A stretch of 64,000 bases of DNA from Malacoraja senta (GCA_038087875.1 JAXLNO010000700.1:62001-126000); one strand, 5' to 3'; positions 37,031 through 49,409 are shown, counted from the stretch's first letter. Program-made: numbers and translations. The notes: generated by a model not told the origin, from the sequence alone.

Positions 37031-38164
37031 AAATAATCTTATTTACATTTTACCATAAAGTGTCATAGGGGTCAACATGTTACAAATACTTGTAACACTT
37101 TGTAATATCAAAGCAGCAATTTATTTTGAAGTCAGACAATATCAAATTGCCTTGGTGGACTAGAATTTCTGATAGGAGTAACAATGACATTATAGCTGCT
37201 GTCTTCGATCAAAAGGAATATCTTGTAATCAAAGTTACACTGGAATGGAAAGTTCCTGTCAGGAATACTTCGCTCACCTGGAAGGTGTGTTATTGCAAGT
37301 TTCTCTGGTACAATCACGTACCAATGAATTGAAAATAACTTCAATTTCTTATGAAATATGATGGCAAAAAACCTGAAAAATGTTCAAGGCAATTGAATAT
37401 GTTTCAAATGAATTTTATATGTCATGCCAAGCCACAATTCCTGCTTAACAACTTAATTGGAGATAGTAAAACAATTTTGTTGTTGTGAAAACTAATTTAG
37501 TCAGGTGACTATTTCAAAGTTCTATATCTCAAAGTCCATTAGTGCGTATAGAGGTACTGTTGCCATGTAGCATATTTGCAAAACTGGTTGTTAAACAGCT
37601 GCTTTTCAGATTCAGCAGTGCCAGATATACAAATCCCATGCTGTCAATGCTACTGAATTGACCTTGTACATGGAAAGGCCTTTCCTTCATGGCTGGCCCA
37701 ATGCACAACAAAAGATAACAGGCAAGCCTGAGATCATGGAGTTCCAGGGGATAGAAGCCAAAGTTGAAGGGGTGTGGAGAAGGGCATGAAGAGTTAAGGA
37801 AGGGAAGGGGCCAGAACGGCAGCATGGGATGTGTGTCAGATTCCTGTGATTGGCAACTGGTAGCAAATCTGCAGCAGGCATCTGGGAAGGACTTTATAGG
37901 CAACTGCGAGGAAAAAACCCCAAAGTCAGTAGAGGGGCAGAAAAACGTGTTGAGTCACTTCAGGTGCTTGACGGCGAGAGATTAGTGCCTGATATAGGCA
38001 GGAAATCAGGCAAGCTTGAGTGGAATGTGAAGAGGGATTGGGTGCCTAACCTGAATCAGGGTGAATCACATTGAACACGCAAAGAACTACAGATGTTGGT
38101 TTACAAAAAGGACACAAAGTGCTGAAGTAACTCAGGTCAGACAGAATCTCTGGAAAAAATCTGA

Positions 38165-38450
38165 GGCTGCTCAATGGTACAGCTATAAAGTTGCTGCCTT
38201 ACAGCACCAGAGACCCAGGTTCGATCCCAACTACAAGTGTTGTCTGCACGGAGTTTGTAGGTTCTCCCCATGACCGTCTTGGTTTTCTCCAGGTGATCTG
38301 ATTTCCTCCCACATTCCAAAGCTGTGCGGTTTGTAGCTTAACTGACTTCTGTAAATTGTGTCTCATGTGTGGTATAGAACGAGTGGATGGGTGATCGCTA
38401 GTTGGCCTGGACCAAAGGGCCTGTTTCGACGCTGTGTCTCTAAACTAAAC
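38165..38450 (+). mobile_element. tRNA-derived V-SINE/HE1-like SINE inserted into a pLTR element
   Basis: B-box-like GGTTCGATCCC, V-type core and (CTAAA)n tail. It interrupts the pLTR sequence that spans 38085-38572. Confidence 0.75.
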
Positions 38451-39624
38451 ATGGATAGGTGGAGAACATAGATGACTTCATTCTGAAGAAGTGTCCCGAC
38501 TCCTAATTGTCATCAATCCATGTTTTTCAGAGTTGCTGCCTGACCCGCTGAGTTACTCCAGCACTTAGTGTCGTTTATAAAAAATTAAATTAAAAAAAAA
38601 CACACTGATGTAGAGTAAGCAGTGAACTTCATTCTCCCCATTTCTTCATAAATCTCAACTCTGTGAAAAAACGTCTTAACAAATATATTCAGTCAATTTC
38701 AACAAGTCTATGGAGTGGAGTTCATGACCTAATGTGAGAAGAAACTCTTTCTCATCTCTATATTAAAAAACCCCACTACTCTGAAACAATAGTCCTCTAG
38801 ATCTGGATTCCCTCGAGGCAACACATTTTTTCGCACCCCGGTTTAGATGGTTCAATTAGATTACCTCAAATCTAAACAAATCAGTAATGACAATCTTTCC
38901 TCAAAAGAGAGTCCCATTGTACCAAAAAGTAATAATTTCCTAAACCTGCACACTCTCTTTCTTGGAAGAAAATTAACAAAGGGTCATGTTTTTTTATTCA
39001 GAATATTATTATCTTTTGAAGATGCAAATGTGACTTTGAATCAGATTTCTAAAACAGACATTGGAGTTTTAATAAATGTAAATAAATCACTATATGGTGA
39101 TTCATATACAGTATAGATATGCTATGCATATCACAAAATAGTGATATTCTGTGTTGATTTGTTGGTTTCATTAGAGGAAAATATTTTAAATTTAATAGTC
39201 ATAAAACCTAATTCTGAATTTCAGATCTCCGGTTATAAACGGATAAAAATGCAATAAACAGCATGTCTTCTGTGAAGAACAATTGTTTATAATTAACCAA
39301 ATTCTGGAAATTGATTCTTGTTTCCATCTGTTGTTGATAAACATATGTACATATTAAAGGTCAAGTTATAAGATTTTTTACCTCCTAACTACTGTCAATT
39401 ACATGCCAATAAAACATTTTATCCAGAGATAAGAAAATTTGCAGGTAATTTTATATTAGGCATATTTTCCACCATGCTTAGTTTCAATGAAACAACTTGT
39501 TTCTTTTCATTTTCAACTTTCTTAATATATTTTTTCCTGAGAAAACCAAATTAAATTAGGATAACATTTCTTCTGTGCCAATTGCAAACTTCTTTTTACT
39601 GCTTTAAGATGTAATTATAAGTGT

Positions 39625-40400
39625 AGAAACATGGAAATGCAGATGGTGGTTTACAAAAGAAGATACAGAGTGCTGGAGCAACAGCGGATCAGGCAGCACC
39701 TTCCAGAGAACATGGGTAGGGGACATTTCATGTCAGGACCCTTCTTCAGAATGATTGTAGTTGGGAGAAAAAAAACCCAGAAGCGAAAAGAAAACAGGAC
39801 AACTCAGGGCCGGCAACAGATTTCTGGATAGAGACAGGTATGAGTCCAAGAGAGATACACAGTTGTGAACTGTGAAGGCTGCATAACGGACTTTTAGTGT
39901 GGGGGGGGGGGGGGGGGATGTTTGTAAAAGTTACCTAAATTTGGAGAATTCAACATTCATACCCATTAGGTTGTTAGCTACCCAAGCAAAATGTGAAGAG
40001 CTGTTCCTCCAGTTTGCATGTGACCTCATTCTGGCAATGGAGGTGGCCCAGGACAGAAAGGTCCGTAGGGGAAGGGGAGTTAAAGTGGTTAGCGCCCAGT
40101 GGATCCATTAGGCATTGGCGGACTGAGCGTAAGTGTTCAGCAAAATGGTTACAGAGTCTACGCTTCGTCTCACCGATGTACAGGAGCCCACATTGGGCAC
40201 ACCGGACGGATGCAGCAGATGAGGTTAGAGGAGATGAATAAACAAAATACGAGATGCTGTTCTTTGAGTATGCGTGTGGTCTTACTCTGGCAATGGAGGA
40301 GGCCCAGGATAGAAAGGCCACAAAATATGAGGTGCCGTTCTTCCAGTTTGCGTGTGGCATTACTCTGGCGAATTATACGGTGCTGTTCCTCCAATTTGTG
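39625..40400 (-). mobile_element. Rearranged Penelope 3' fragment
   Basis: Remnant CAQCGLLYIGETKRRL..HFAEHLRSVR (GIY-YIG), a repeated KLEEQHL block, and a pLTR end. Confidence 0.8.
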
Positions 40401-40951
40401 TATGAAATATGAGCAAGGTGTTGGAATGGAGGATGGCTACTATCACAAAGTACTAGACAGGAGGCAATTACAGAGATAAAGTGGGATGAGAACATTGAGG
40501 ATCGGAAAACAAACTTGATTATTTCTAACCCACATGGCCAACAAAGTGCTGGATGGACTCAAATAGGGAAGCCAGTCAATTAAGTCAGAAACATAACAAG
40601 GTTTCAGGTTTCAACAGTAGTTGAGCCCTAGTGGACCCATCAAATCTGTCCATGTCTGATGGTATAGATGTGGAGATCTGAAATGCAACTCAAGATCAAA
40701 TATGACACCTAGATTTAGAATTCTATATTCAGGACAGTTGCCAAGTTGACAGTTGACAGCATTGGGTCAATGGGTAGAGTATGGAGTTTGTGATGGGGCC
40801 CCCAGAAAAATAATTGGAACTATGCAATAACATTGAAAACTAAGCACTTGATTACTCATAAGAAAGCAAAATGCCATCTTACATTATGTTCACAGTGAAA
40901 CAAAATTGTTATTATTTCCAACATTTTTCAGCAATAACAGGCTTTATTTAC

Positions 40952-41109
40952 CAGGTTGATTGTTCTTTCCAGATTGCCAGCTCTGTGGCACTTTCAGTAG
41001 CTTACTCAAGTCAGTCTGATTGTTGAATTTTGATTTCTTTAAGTCTTCAAACCATTCGCCAGTCACTCCTTTCAACCATAACTTGTTTGGATTAGTCTTC
41101 TTGACTTCT
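40952..41109 (-). CDS. EXPH5: Exophilin-5 coding exon 2 (SHD2, Rab27-binding WLKGVTGEWFE motif)
   Basis: CACTTCTAG|A...CCTG|GTAAAT. 158 nt, phase 2 to 1. Translation EVKKTNPNKLWLKGVTGEWFEDLKKSKFNNQTDLSKLLK. No zinc finger between SHD1 and SHD2, as in Slac2-b. Confidence 0.92.
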
Positions 41110-41534
41110 CTAGAAGTGAAATTATTAATTGTAATTTAGGGAAACAAAATTGAGGCTGCCAATCCAGAAAGGCTAAATACCCTTTCCAGAATAGATTCTA
41201 TGAATCATCTTACATTCCAAAGATGTGCAAGTTTGTAAATTAATTGACTTCTGTAAATCATCGCGAGTGTGCAAGATAGAACTAGTGCACAGGTGATCGT
41301 TGGTTGGCGTGGACTTGGTGGACCGAAGGGCCTGTTTCCACGTTGTATCTCTAAACTAACGCAAGATCACTCTTTGTCTTAATAATTCTGTTGGTGTAAC
41401 ATTTCAGCTCACAATAGCTTCACTTTATGAATCTAAAATTAGATTATTTATTTTTAATCATGTGCCCTAAATGAAACTAACAATTATTTGATGAAGAAAA
41501 AGAGACGGAGCAGTTGTAGTCAATATCCTATTTT

Positions 41535-42185
41535 TCAGTAAGCATGCAGGTACAGCAGGCAGTGGAGAAAGCGAATGGCATGTTGGCCTTCATAACAAGA
41601 GGAGTTGAGTATAGAAGCAAAGAGGTCCTTCTGCAGTTGTATAGGGCTCTAGTGAGACCACACCTGGAATATTGTGTGAAGTTTTGGTCCCCTAGTTTGA
41701 GGAAGGACATTCTTGCTATTGAGGGAGTGCAGCATAGGTTCACAATGGCGGGACTGTCATATGCAGAGAATGGAGCGGCTGGGCTTGTATACTCTGGAAT
41801 ATAGGATGAGAGGGGTTCTTATTGAAACATAAGATTAAGGGGTTGGACACGCTAGAGGCAGGAAACATGTTCCCGATGTTGGGGGAGTCCAGAACCAGGG
41901 GACACAGTTTAAGAATGAGGGGCAAGCCATTTAGAAAGGAGAGGAGGAAACACTTTTTCCACAGAGAGAGAGTTGAGTCTGTGGAATTCTCTGCCTCAGA
42001 GGGCGGTGGAGGCCGGTTCTCCGAATACTTTCAAGAGAGAGAGCTCTTAAAGATAGTGGAGTCAGGGGATATGGGGAGAAGGCAGGAACGGTGTACTGAT
42101 TGTGGATGATCAGCCATGCTCACATTGAATGGCGGTGCTGGCTCGAAGGGCTGAATGGCCTACTCCTGCACCTATTGTCTATTAT
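41535..42185 (+). mobile_element. CR1-clade LINE 3' fragment
   Basis: MQVQQAVEKANGMLAFI...LYRALVRPHLEYCV. Ends in the CR1 3' UTR ...CTACTCCTGCACCTATTGTCTATT. Confidence 0.92.
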
Positions 42186-43119
42186 CTACTGGCTGCCATC
42201 AAGGACATAATCCAAAAACAATGCATTGCAAGCCTCTGAACAGATTTACCTTTTTTCCCCCCAAAAATACATTTCATAATAAAAAATATACAAAACAAGA
42301 ACAGTGCAATGTTCTCAGCGACTATACATACATTAATCAGTGTTATATTCGATAGTGTTCACAAACTATCCTTATACCAAGCACCCTCGCCACTCATGTG
42401 GCCGACTAGGATGATATTTCGCAGTGAAAGTCTGAAGAAGGGTCATGACCTGAAACATCACCCATTCCTCCTATCCAGCAATGTTGCCTGTCATGCGGAG
42501 TTACTCCAGTATTTTGTGTCTATCCCCAAGGATATCCTGTCCCTTATTTGAGGAGTGTCTCCACCTGACCTTGTTCCCCTATATCCAGCAGCAGAAGGAC
42601 CTGAGGCTGTGGTCCTTCCCCGCAGAGCCTTGATGTTGGCTGAACTAAGCTTCAGTGCGTCTTGAGCTTATACTCCTGCAGTTTGGAATGGGCCAGTCGG
42701 CAACACTCCCTGATGCACACCTCGCTCTGCTGTAAGATAAGCAGGTTTTGGATGAGACCAAAGAGCATCTTTCACTGAACAGATTTACTGCCAACAACTC
42801 CAACCATCCCAGGGAAGGTTGGATGGTCTCAACTCATGCAACATGATCTTTTCCAAACAAAGATTACTGCACAAATATGCCATTCCTCCTGTAAAAACAA
42901 ATAGATAAGACAACGCCTAACTTAGGAAACATCTTAGAGCACTTTCTAACTTTGTTTTGTTGGCTTAGGAGTCTACCCTGCAAAATAATTATATTCACAC
43001 AATTGTCTCATGGCTCAGTACACAGTTTTTTCCCCCTAAGGTACCATCAATCAACAAGCAGTTGTTTTAAGAGGATCAATGCTTCCTTTCTTTCATCTTA
43101 AATAAATAGTCCATGAATA

Positions 43120-43385
43120 TCACAGTGGTGCAAATTTGATCTTCACCTTTGGTGCAGTCTGTGTGGAGTTTGAACATTATCCTGTGACCATATAGGTTTC
43201 CTCTGGTTGCTCTGGAATCCTCCCACCTCCCAAAGATGTGTGGGCTTGTAGATTAATTGGCCCTTTGAGCATAGGGAATGGACGTGAAATGAGATAACAG
43301 AACTAGAGTGAATGGGTGATCGATGGTCAGCGTGGACTCATTGGGCCAGAGCCTGTATCCATGCTGTACCGTTTCAATCAATCAA
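43120..43385 (+). mobile_element. V-SINE/HE1-like SINE
   Basis: GTGTGGAGTTTG...CCTCCCACCTCCCAAAGATGTG core and (TCAA)n tail. Confidence 0.65.
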
Positions 43386-44946
43386 TCATTCAAAATCCCA
43401 ATTGCAAAATCATTCCGTTTATCCTAGTATGCTTCAATATCCAACATGCAGGAAATATGGATCGTGTGAGATTCGTTTAGTCGGCATCAGACATTGTGGA
43501 CCAATGAGTCTGTTCCTGTGTTGTACTGTTCCATGTTGTTTTATTATGCTGCAACAGAACAAGGAATGCACGTTGACTTTATCAGTCAATACTGGAAATG
43601 TTGGCTTAAGACTCCGTTTAATATTTGTCGAGGGTGTTCAAAGAACAAATCAAGAAGGTTCGCACGCCAACAAATCTCATTCGGCTCTTACACTAGATGT
43701 CGGTGGCAGCAGCGTCAACAGTAGCCCAGCGCCAGAAAGGGCAGCAATCTCGATTCATAGCAAAGCTCAGACCCACATATTAAATAGTTTGAATCGACAC
43801 CTCTGATGGTAAAAATAAACAATGCCTTCAACAACACAGGCTGTCATTTTCTGACCTTTAAACAGGCAATGCTATTTCACAACGACTCTTTGCTGGGTCA
43901 TTGTTGATTTGAAGCCTATTATTGAAGTTGTCATCTGGAATCTGGAATTACCTCGTTCCCATTCGCCGCCAGGGTAGGGACATAATTACAGGCTGTGAGT
44001 ATGGTCCGCTATTTGTACAAAATATATTTTTTTATTCCACCACATTTTAAGTTGCTGAATTTACATTCGGTAAGCAGATTGATCGGCACCGACAGCATTC
44101 AAAAGTTGTTATTCCGGGCGTGGAGACTTGCGACGTGTGGGCATAACTCACCTGAAAGTATGCGGGGACAGGCTATTAAGTGTTTCTTAACACACATATT
44201 TAGCAATTCAAATCCAAAATCTTGCCATTACCGAAACTATTCACGCTTTTGATAACGCCCGTGATTACACAATGCTTTATAATAATGGTTGTCGATTTCA
44301 TTTATAAATTTTGTTCAGTAACAAATTTAGAGTAAATATATTTTCTGGCAGCAATGGTGGTTTGGTGAACTCTCTTCTTATTTCATTACGTTAAACAGTT
44401 TCTTTCCAGATCGCAGTTACATATTGGTTTAACGATATTCCAATAAAAGCCCCCAATACTAACACTCTCCATTGCAAGCAGTTTCTTTGAACTGAAAAGA
44501 AAACTCCAGTCCCTATCGGTCTCGAAGAGCTTTTTGACAATCAATCTATGCACTTCTTTTGAACTGACTTTGTTACAGAATAAACTAAATAAACAAAACT
44601 AAAAACAATAAACTAAACTAGATATGACATTAGAATAAAGCTATGTAACCTGGAGTACATCCAAAATTCAACTTTAATTTTAATATCATATTTCGAGCAT
44701 GGAAATAGAAAACAAATTTACACTTCTAAATGAAAAGCTTTTTCTCAGGAGAAAATTAATTGCTATATTATTCCTATTATAACGATCCTTAGAGTATTGC
44801 ACGGAATAAACCATTAGTTTGCTACCCACACAGCTCAACTCTTTTAAAGGTACCACAATAGTTGCAGCTGCACAATTCAACAGGTCTTTAGTCGCAGACA
44901 CAGCATGAACAATGTCCGGAACGCTGCCAGCACTGGGATTACCTAC

Positions 44947-45077
44947 TTTAGCCTCTCAGAGTTCATCCTCCGGACCTCTTTATCTCGTTCCAACACTTCC
45001 AAGACGGCGTTCACTTCTTCGTGGTTCAGAAAGCTCAGATCCACTGAGTTGGATTTGGACGTCCACCGTTTGAACAT
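44947..45077 (-). CDS. EXPH5: Exophilin-5 coding exon 1 (SHD1 helix)
   Basis: ATG at 45077. MFKRWTSKSNSVDLSFLNHEEVNAVLEVLERDKEVRRMNSERL fits the Slp-homology DLSFLxxEExxxILxVLxRD motif. Donor AA|GTAGGT, phase 2. Confidence 0.9.
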
Positions 45078-45480
45078 TGCAGAGCCGTGTCTGGGCGGCG
45101 AGGCAGCAAAGTCTCCAGGGCACGGCTCACCCTGGATGAAGGTGGACAACGCCCTGGCGCCGGCGGCCCAGGCGGGCACGCGCCGTTCCCGTTGCCATGG
45201 ACACGCGCAGGCCCGGGCCTCGGAGAACCCGCCCCGGCCTCATTCAGAGAGGGACTTTTCATTCGTTAAAAAACCAGTGGATAGAAAAAAGAGACCGAAT
45301 TTAAATTACGTCGCATTAAAACTAAAATACCGGATCATTTCGAAAGTAGACGGACGCATACATAAAGCGGCGGTGTGCCTGTCAGAGTTAAGATGGGAGC
45401 AATTTTCTGCGGGAAGCCAAACGTGAGGAAGATGCCCCACGACCCCGAGGCCAGCAAGGGCCACGATGTCCGGATTAAAG
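45078..45480 (-). promoter_or_regulatory. CpG-rich EXPH5 promoter/5' UTR with GC box and X-box-like site
   Basis: High CpG density. CCCGCCCC at 45228-45235. GTTGCCATGGACAC at 45191-45204. Confidence 0.6.
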
Positions 45481-46521
45481 TAGCAATGTTACAAAATTTT
45501 GAGATTTAAAAAATAAAGTCTGCAATTTATCCCATCAGATAAAGCATAAAAAGAAGTTTAATTTGACACTTAATTCACTTTCATATCTTCAGTATTAAAA
45601 AAGTTATGGCCATTATCATACTCAGAAATTAGCATCTTGTTCCCCATTGCTTTTCCATTGACTTAACACAAAAGCTGTGATCGAGGACAGTTAAAAGCCC
45701 ATAACTTTCTTAAAAATTATGATGACTGAAAGAAATTTTCAGTTATTATAGATTGAAGCATTCTGAAACAAATATGAAACAATCTTACTTCGAAGACATG
45801 AAAGTAAAGCATATAATTAGTTAGTTACCTAATTGTAGCTAATTACAAAATTCAATTACTAGATCTAAACATCTATCAATTTCTTAAGAATAGATTAACA
45901 TTTTTAAATAGCCTAAGTGTCCAAATAACATTCACACAATAATTCACAATATAACATAATTTTTAAATCTAATTTTCATGAATTTACAGGCCAAATGGAA
46001 GGAATTGAATGTTTAATACCTGTAAATTAATGGGCATTTAAATCATCTTGCGAGTGAGGATTTCTGGAACGCGATCTTTTGGAACGTTCATTTGCGGTGA
46101 ATTTAACCCCGTATTGGCATGAAAAATACTGCCGTTAATTCGGGGAATAAAATCACCATGTCGCATGAAAAAATGTGAATTAAAGGCTTCTTAAGAAGCA
46201 CTTTTATACATTTAAAGAAACCACTTTCGTTTACCTGTCCCGTGTGTGAAATCCGTCCCCGTTATCGGCGTTGACGCTTCAGGAGCTGCTTTTAAAATTA
46301 CTCTAGCGCTGACATTGACGATTTAATAAAAATAAAAAATTCACAAAACGCCACTAGGAACGATTTGTCAGCCAACGCTTGTACTCCAACGAAATATTAT
46401 TCAGGACAAGGGAGGAGAAACTGCGTTTTAACCCCGCCCCCCCCTTAAAGGCGCCAAAATCGCGCACACGGCCAGTGGCAGAATTACAGCGTGACTGAAG
46501 GTAAGTTTTGTAACATACCTA
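45481..46521. mobile_element. 1041-bp non-autonomous TIR DNA transposon, copy 1
   Basis: Termini TAGCAATGTTACAAAA / TTTTGTAACATACCTA. 7-bp TSD ATTAAAG. Near-identical to 51987-53027. Confidence 0.9.
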
Positions 46522-46889
46522 ATTAAAGGGTGTGCTGAAACAATCGGTGGTGGACCTGTAGTATCAGATTAGTATTAAATGTATTATGAAGCGAGTTCTA
46601 TTCGCTGTCTTTGCATTTAGCAAGTGTTAACTTTTTAAACAGCTTTGTTTTTTGGAAAAATCCCACCGAGTGGTGCTGTGTACTTTCAAGCTTCTGGATC
46701 TTCTGCAGGACGGGAGCAGGGAGACAAGTCCATAAAACCACATTCACCAAACATATTCTGCAATGAGTGTTATAGATTGAGAAGGGCCCATCTGCACGCT
46801 ATGATTATTTTTCTCACCCTCGGCTGCTACTTGATGCCACTCTCAGCATTTCCTGCCATGGATAATATCCATGGAGACACATCATGGAA

Positions 46890-47340
46890 CTCTAGATGCC
46901 GGGATCTTGAGGAAAACACAAAATGCCGAGGGAATGTCGAGGGGAAATGGACAGACGACGTTTCGGGTCAGGACCCTTCTTCAGACTCAGAGTTGGGGAA
47001 AGGAGAAAGCTGGTTAAGAGCTGGGGGTGGGGTAAAGGCTAGCAAGGTATACAGGTGAAGGAGAGGGATGATTGGCAGACAGGCTGAAGGGTCTGCAGGG
47101 AGAGAGGTATAAAAGGGAAACGAGGGACATGGGTATGGGAGATAAGTGCATGAAGGAGGGGGAAGGAACAGGGTGACTGGGAGGGTGGGAGAAATTGTAC
47201 ACACCATCGGTGTGGACGGGAAAGAGAGGGGGTAGAAGTCTATTACTTGAAATTAGAGAATCCAGTGTTCATATTGTTGGGTTGTAAGATACCCAAGCGG
47301 AATATGAGGCGCTGTTTCTCCAGTTTGCATGTGGACTCGC
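46890..47340 (-). mobile_element. Penelope 3' fragment with pLTR
   Basis: KLEKQRLIFRLG-like remnant plus pLTR end. Confidence 0.75.
46957..46984 (-). ncRNA. Minimal hammerhead-ribozyme motif (best-preserved copy)
   Basis: The minus strand reads CUGAAGA-A-GGGU(CCUG)ACCC-GAAAC-GUC: complete core, 4-bp stem II, palindromic ACGU in place of stem III. Stem I is weak. Confidence 0.55.
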
Positions 47341-47529
47341 ATCCATAGAGCTTCAAGCTCAAAATGTACAAACAAGGGACTGCGGATGCTGGTTTACCAA
47401 AAAAGATAACATACTGGAGTAACTTGGTGGGTCAGGCAGCATCCCAAGAGAACATGGATAAGTAACTTCAGATTGGGTCTCCTTCAGGTATGTTATGCCT
47501 CAAGGTCAGTTGCTTTCAAATGTTTATCA

Positions 47530-47935
47530 TGCCCCATCTACACTAGTTTGGCCTATATGCCTCTAAACTTATCCTTTGAATGTACCGGTCTAAATGTTTC
47601 TTAAATGCTTTGATAGTACCAGTCTCAACTACCTCCTCCAGCAGCACGCTCCATATACCTACAACCTTATGTAATAAAGTTGCCCCTCAGGTTCCCATTA
47701 AATCTTTCCCCCGCACATTAAACCTACGTCCTCTGGTTCTTGATTCCCCTACGCCAGGTAAAAGACTGCATTTACCCAATCTATCTCTCTCATGATCTTA
47801 TGCACCTCTATAAGATCACCACTTATCCTCCTGTGCTCCAAAGATAAAGTCCTAGCCTGCTCAACTTCTCCCTATAACTCAGGACCTCGAGTCCTGTCAG
47901 CAACCTCCTAAATTGTTCTGCACCTTTTCCAGTTC
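47530..47935 (-). mobile_element. Degraded CR1 3' fragment
   Basis: CCTCTGGTTCTTGATTCCCC...CACCTCTATAAGATCACC is shared with 63360-63590. Confidence 0.65.
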
Positions 47936-49409
47936 AACAACAAATCTATGTGACATAATTGTGCAAGGCCATCATCATAATGCAAATCACATCCAACCCT
48001 GGTTCATACCTTCAAGGTCATCTCCTTCTCCTATTTTCCAATCATGTGGTGCAGATTCAGTGTGCAGGAAGGAACCAGATATTGGTTTACACCAAAGATA
48101 GACACAAAATGCTGGAGTAAATCAGAACAGGCAGCATCTCGGGATAGAGGAATGGGTGACGTTTTGGGTCTAGACTGAAAAAGGGTCTCAACCTGAAATG
48201 TCACCCACTCCTATCCAGAGATGCTGCCTGTTCTGCTGAGTTATTCCAGCATTTTGTGACTACCTTAGGTGCAGATTCAGACCAGGTTTCCTCCCACCCA
48301 CTGTTCCCATCATACCTTCTAGCACTTGAAGGGAAACAAGCTCCTTGAGAAAACTAGTTGTAATTATATCCTTGCAATTGACCAGGTTTAACTATGTTTT
48401 ACCTCTATACTTAAATATTTGTACATTGGCACTTAGGACGGGCACTTTGTGTGAACTACCAACATCAATACAACACTTTGTAATACAAAGCTGTTCTCCG
48501 AATTGCACGTACTTATGATCTGTTAAACATTATTTACTCAAAATAAATAATGCAGCAACCACAATTATATGCTTCTAAACCGTTTACTTATAAATATTAT
48601 TTTCACCACCAGTTTACTCTTCAAAAGCCTTCTCAAACAACATATGAACATAAAGTAATTTCACCTAGCCCCAGTCTGAAGAAGGGTCTCGACCCAAAAC
48701 GCCACCCATTCCTTCTCTCCAGAGATGCTGCCTATCCCGCTGAGTTACTCCAGCTTTTTGTGTCGATCTTCAGCCTACTGAATCCTTTCCAATTTATTTG
48801 CCTCGCTATGAGTGGTTGTGCTCTCACCAGCTTGAGCTTTGGAATTCCCTGTTTAAATGCCCATGCCTCCCGACCTCCCCTTTCTATTTTAAGGTGGTTT
48901 AAAAATCTTGTCTGACCATTTTTCAGTTTCCGCCTTACATTTCTACAGGTACATTTCTTCTTATTTTGAATAAGGTTGGATTAATTACTCCTGAAATGCC
49001 TTAAGGAGTTCAAATATGTCATGGATGTCAAATATGTAGGTAGTTGTTGTTATTGCTCATGGACTGATTGGGAATTGTTTTAGAAGGAAGCATATCAGCG
49101 AGGAAATGTTCAGCATAAAGTCCTATGAGATTATTGAACACCCCCCCCAGTGGTATATTGGAGGTTGTGCAAAGGTCTTTTCTTAGAATCTTAGGATCAA
49201 GGTTGACTTTTATCTGCTAAAGTGAGGAGCAGAAGATACCAGAAAGTGATTTTGTTTTTGTAATGTTGGGTGAATGTTGCACACCAGTGCCTTGATCCAA
49301 CACCAAGGAGTTCCAGACACAGCTGTGCATAACTAAACTCGAACACACACATGCACACACCCTCTAATCATGCAGTTGTCAATGTACACTCCAACCCTCT
49401 TCTTCATTC

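Noticed and set aside
38165..38240. tRNA gene
   Set aside because: A B-box is present, but it is the head of a SINE and forms no cloverleaf.
38945..39048. AG...GT-bounded candidate exon in intron 2
   Set aside because: Stops in all three minus-strand frames.
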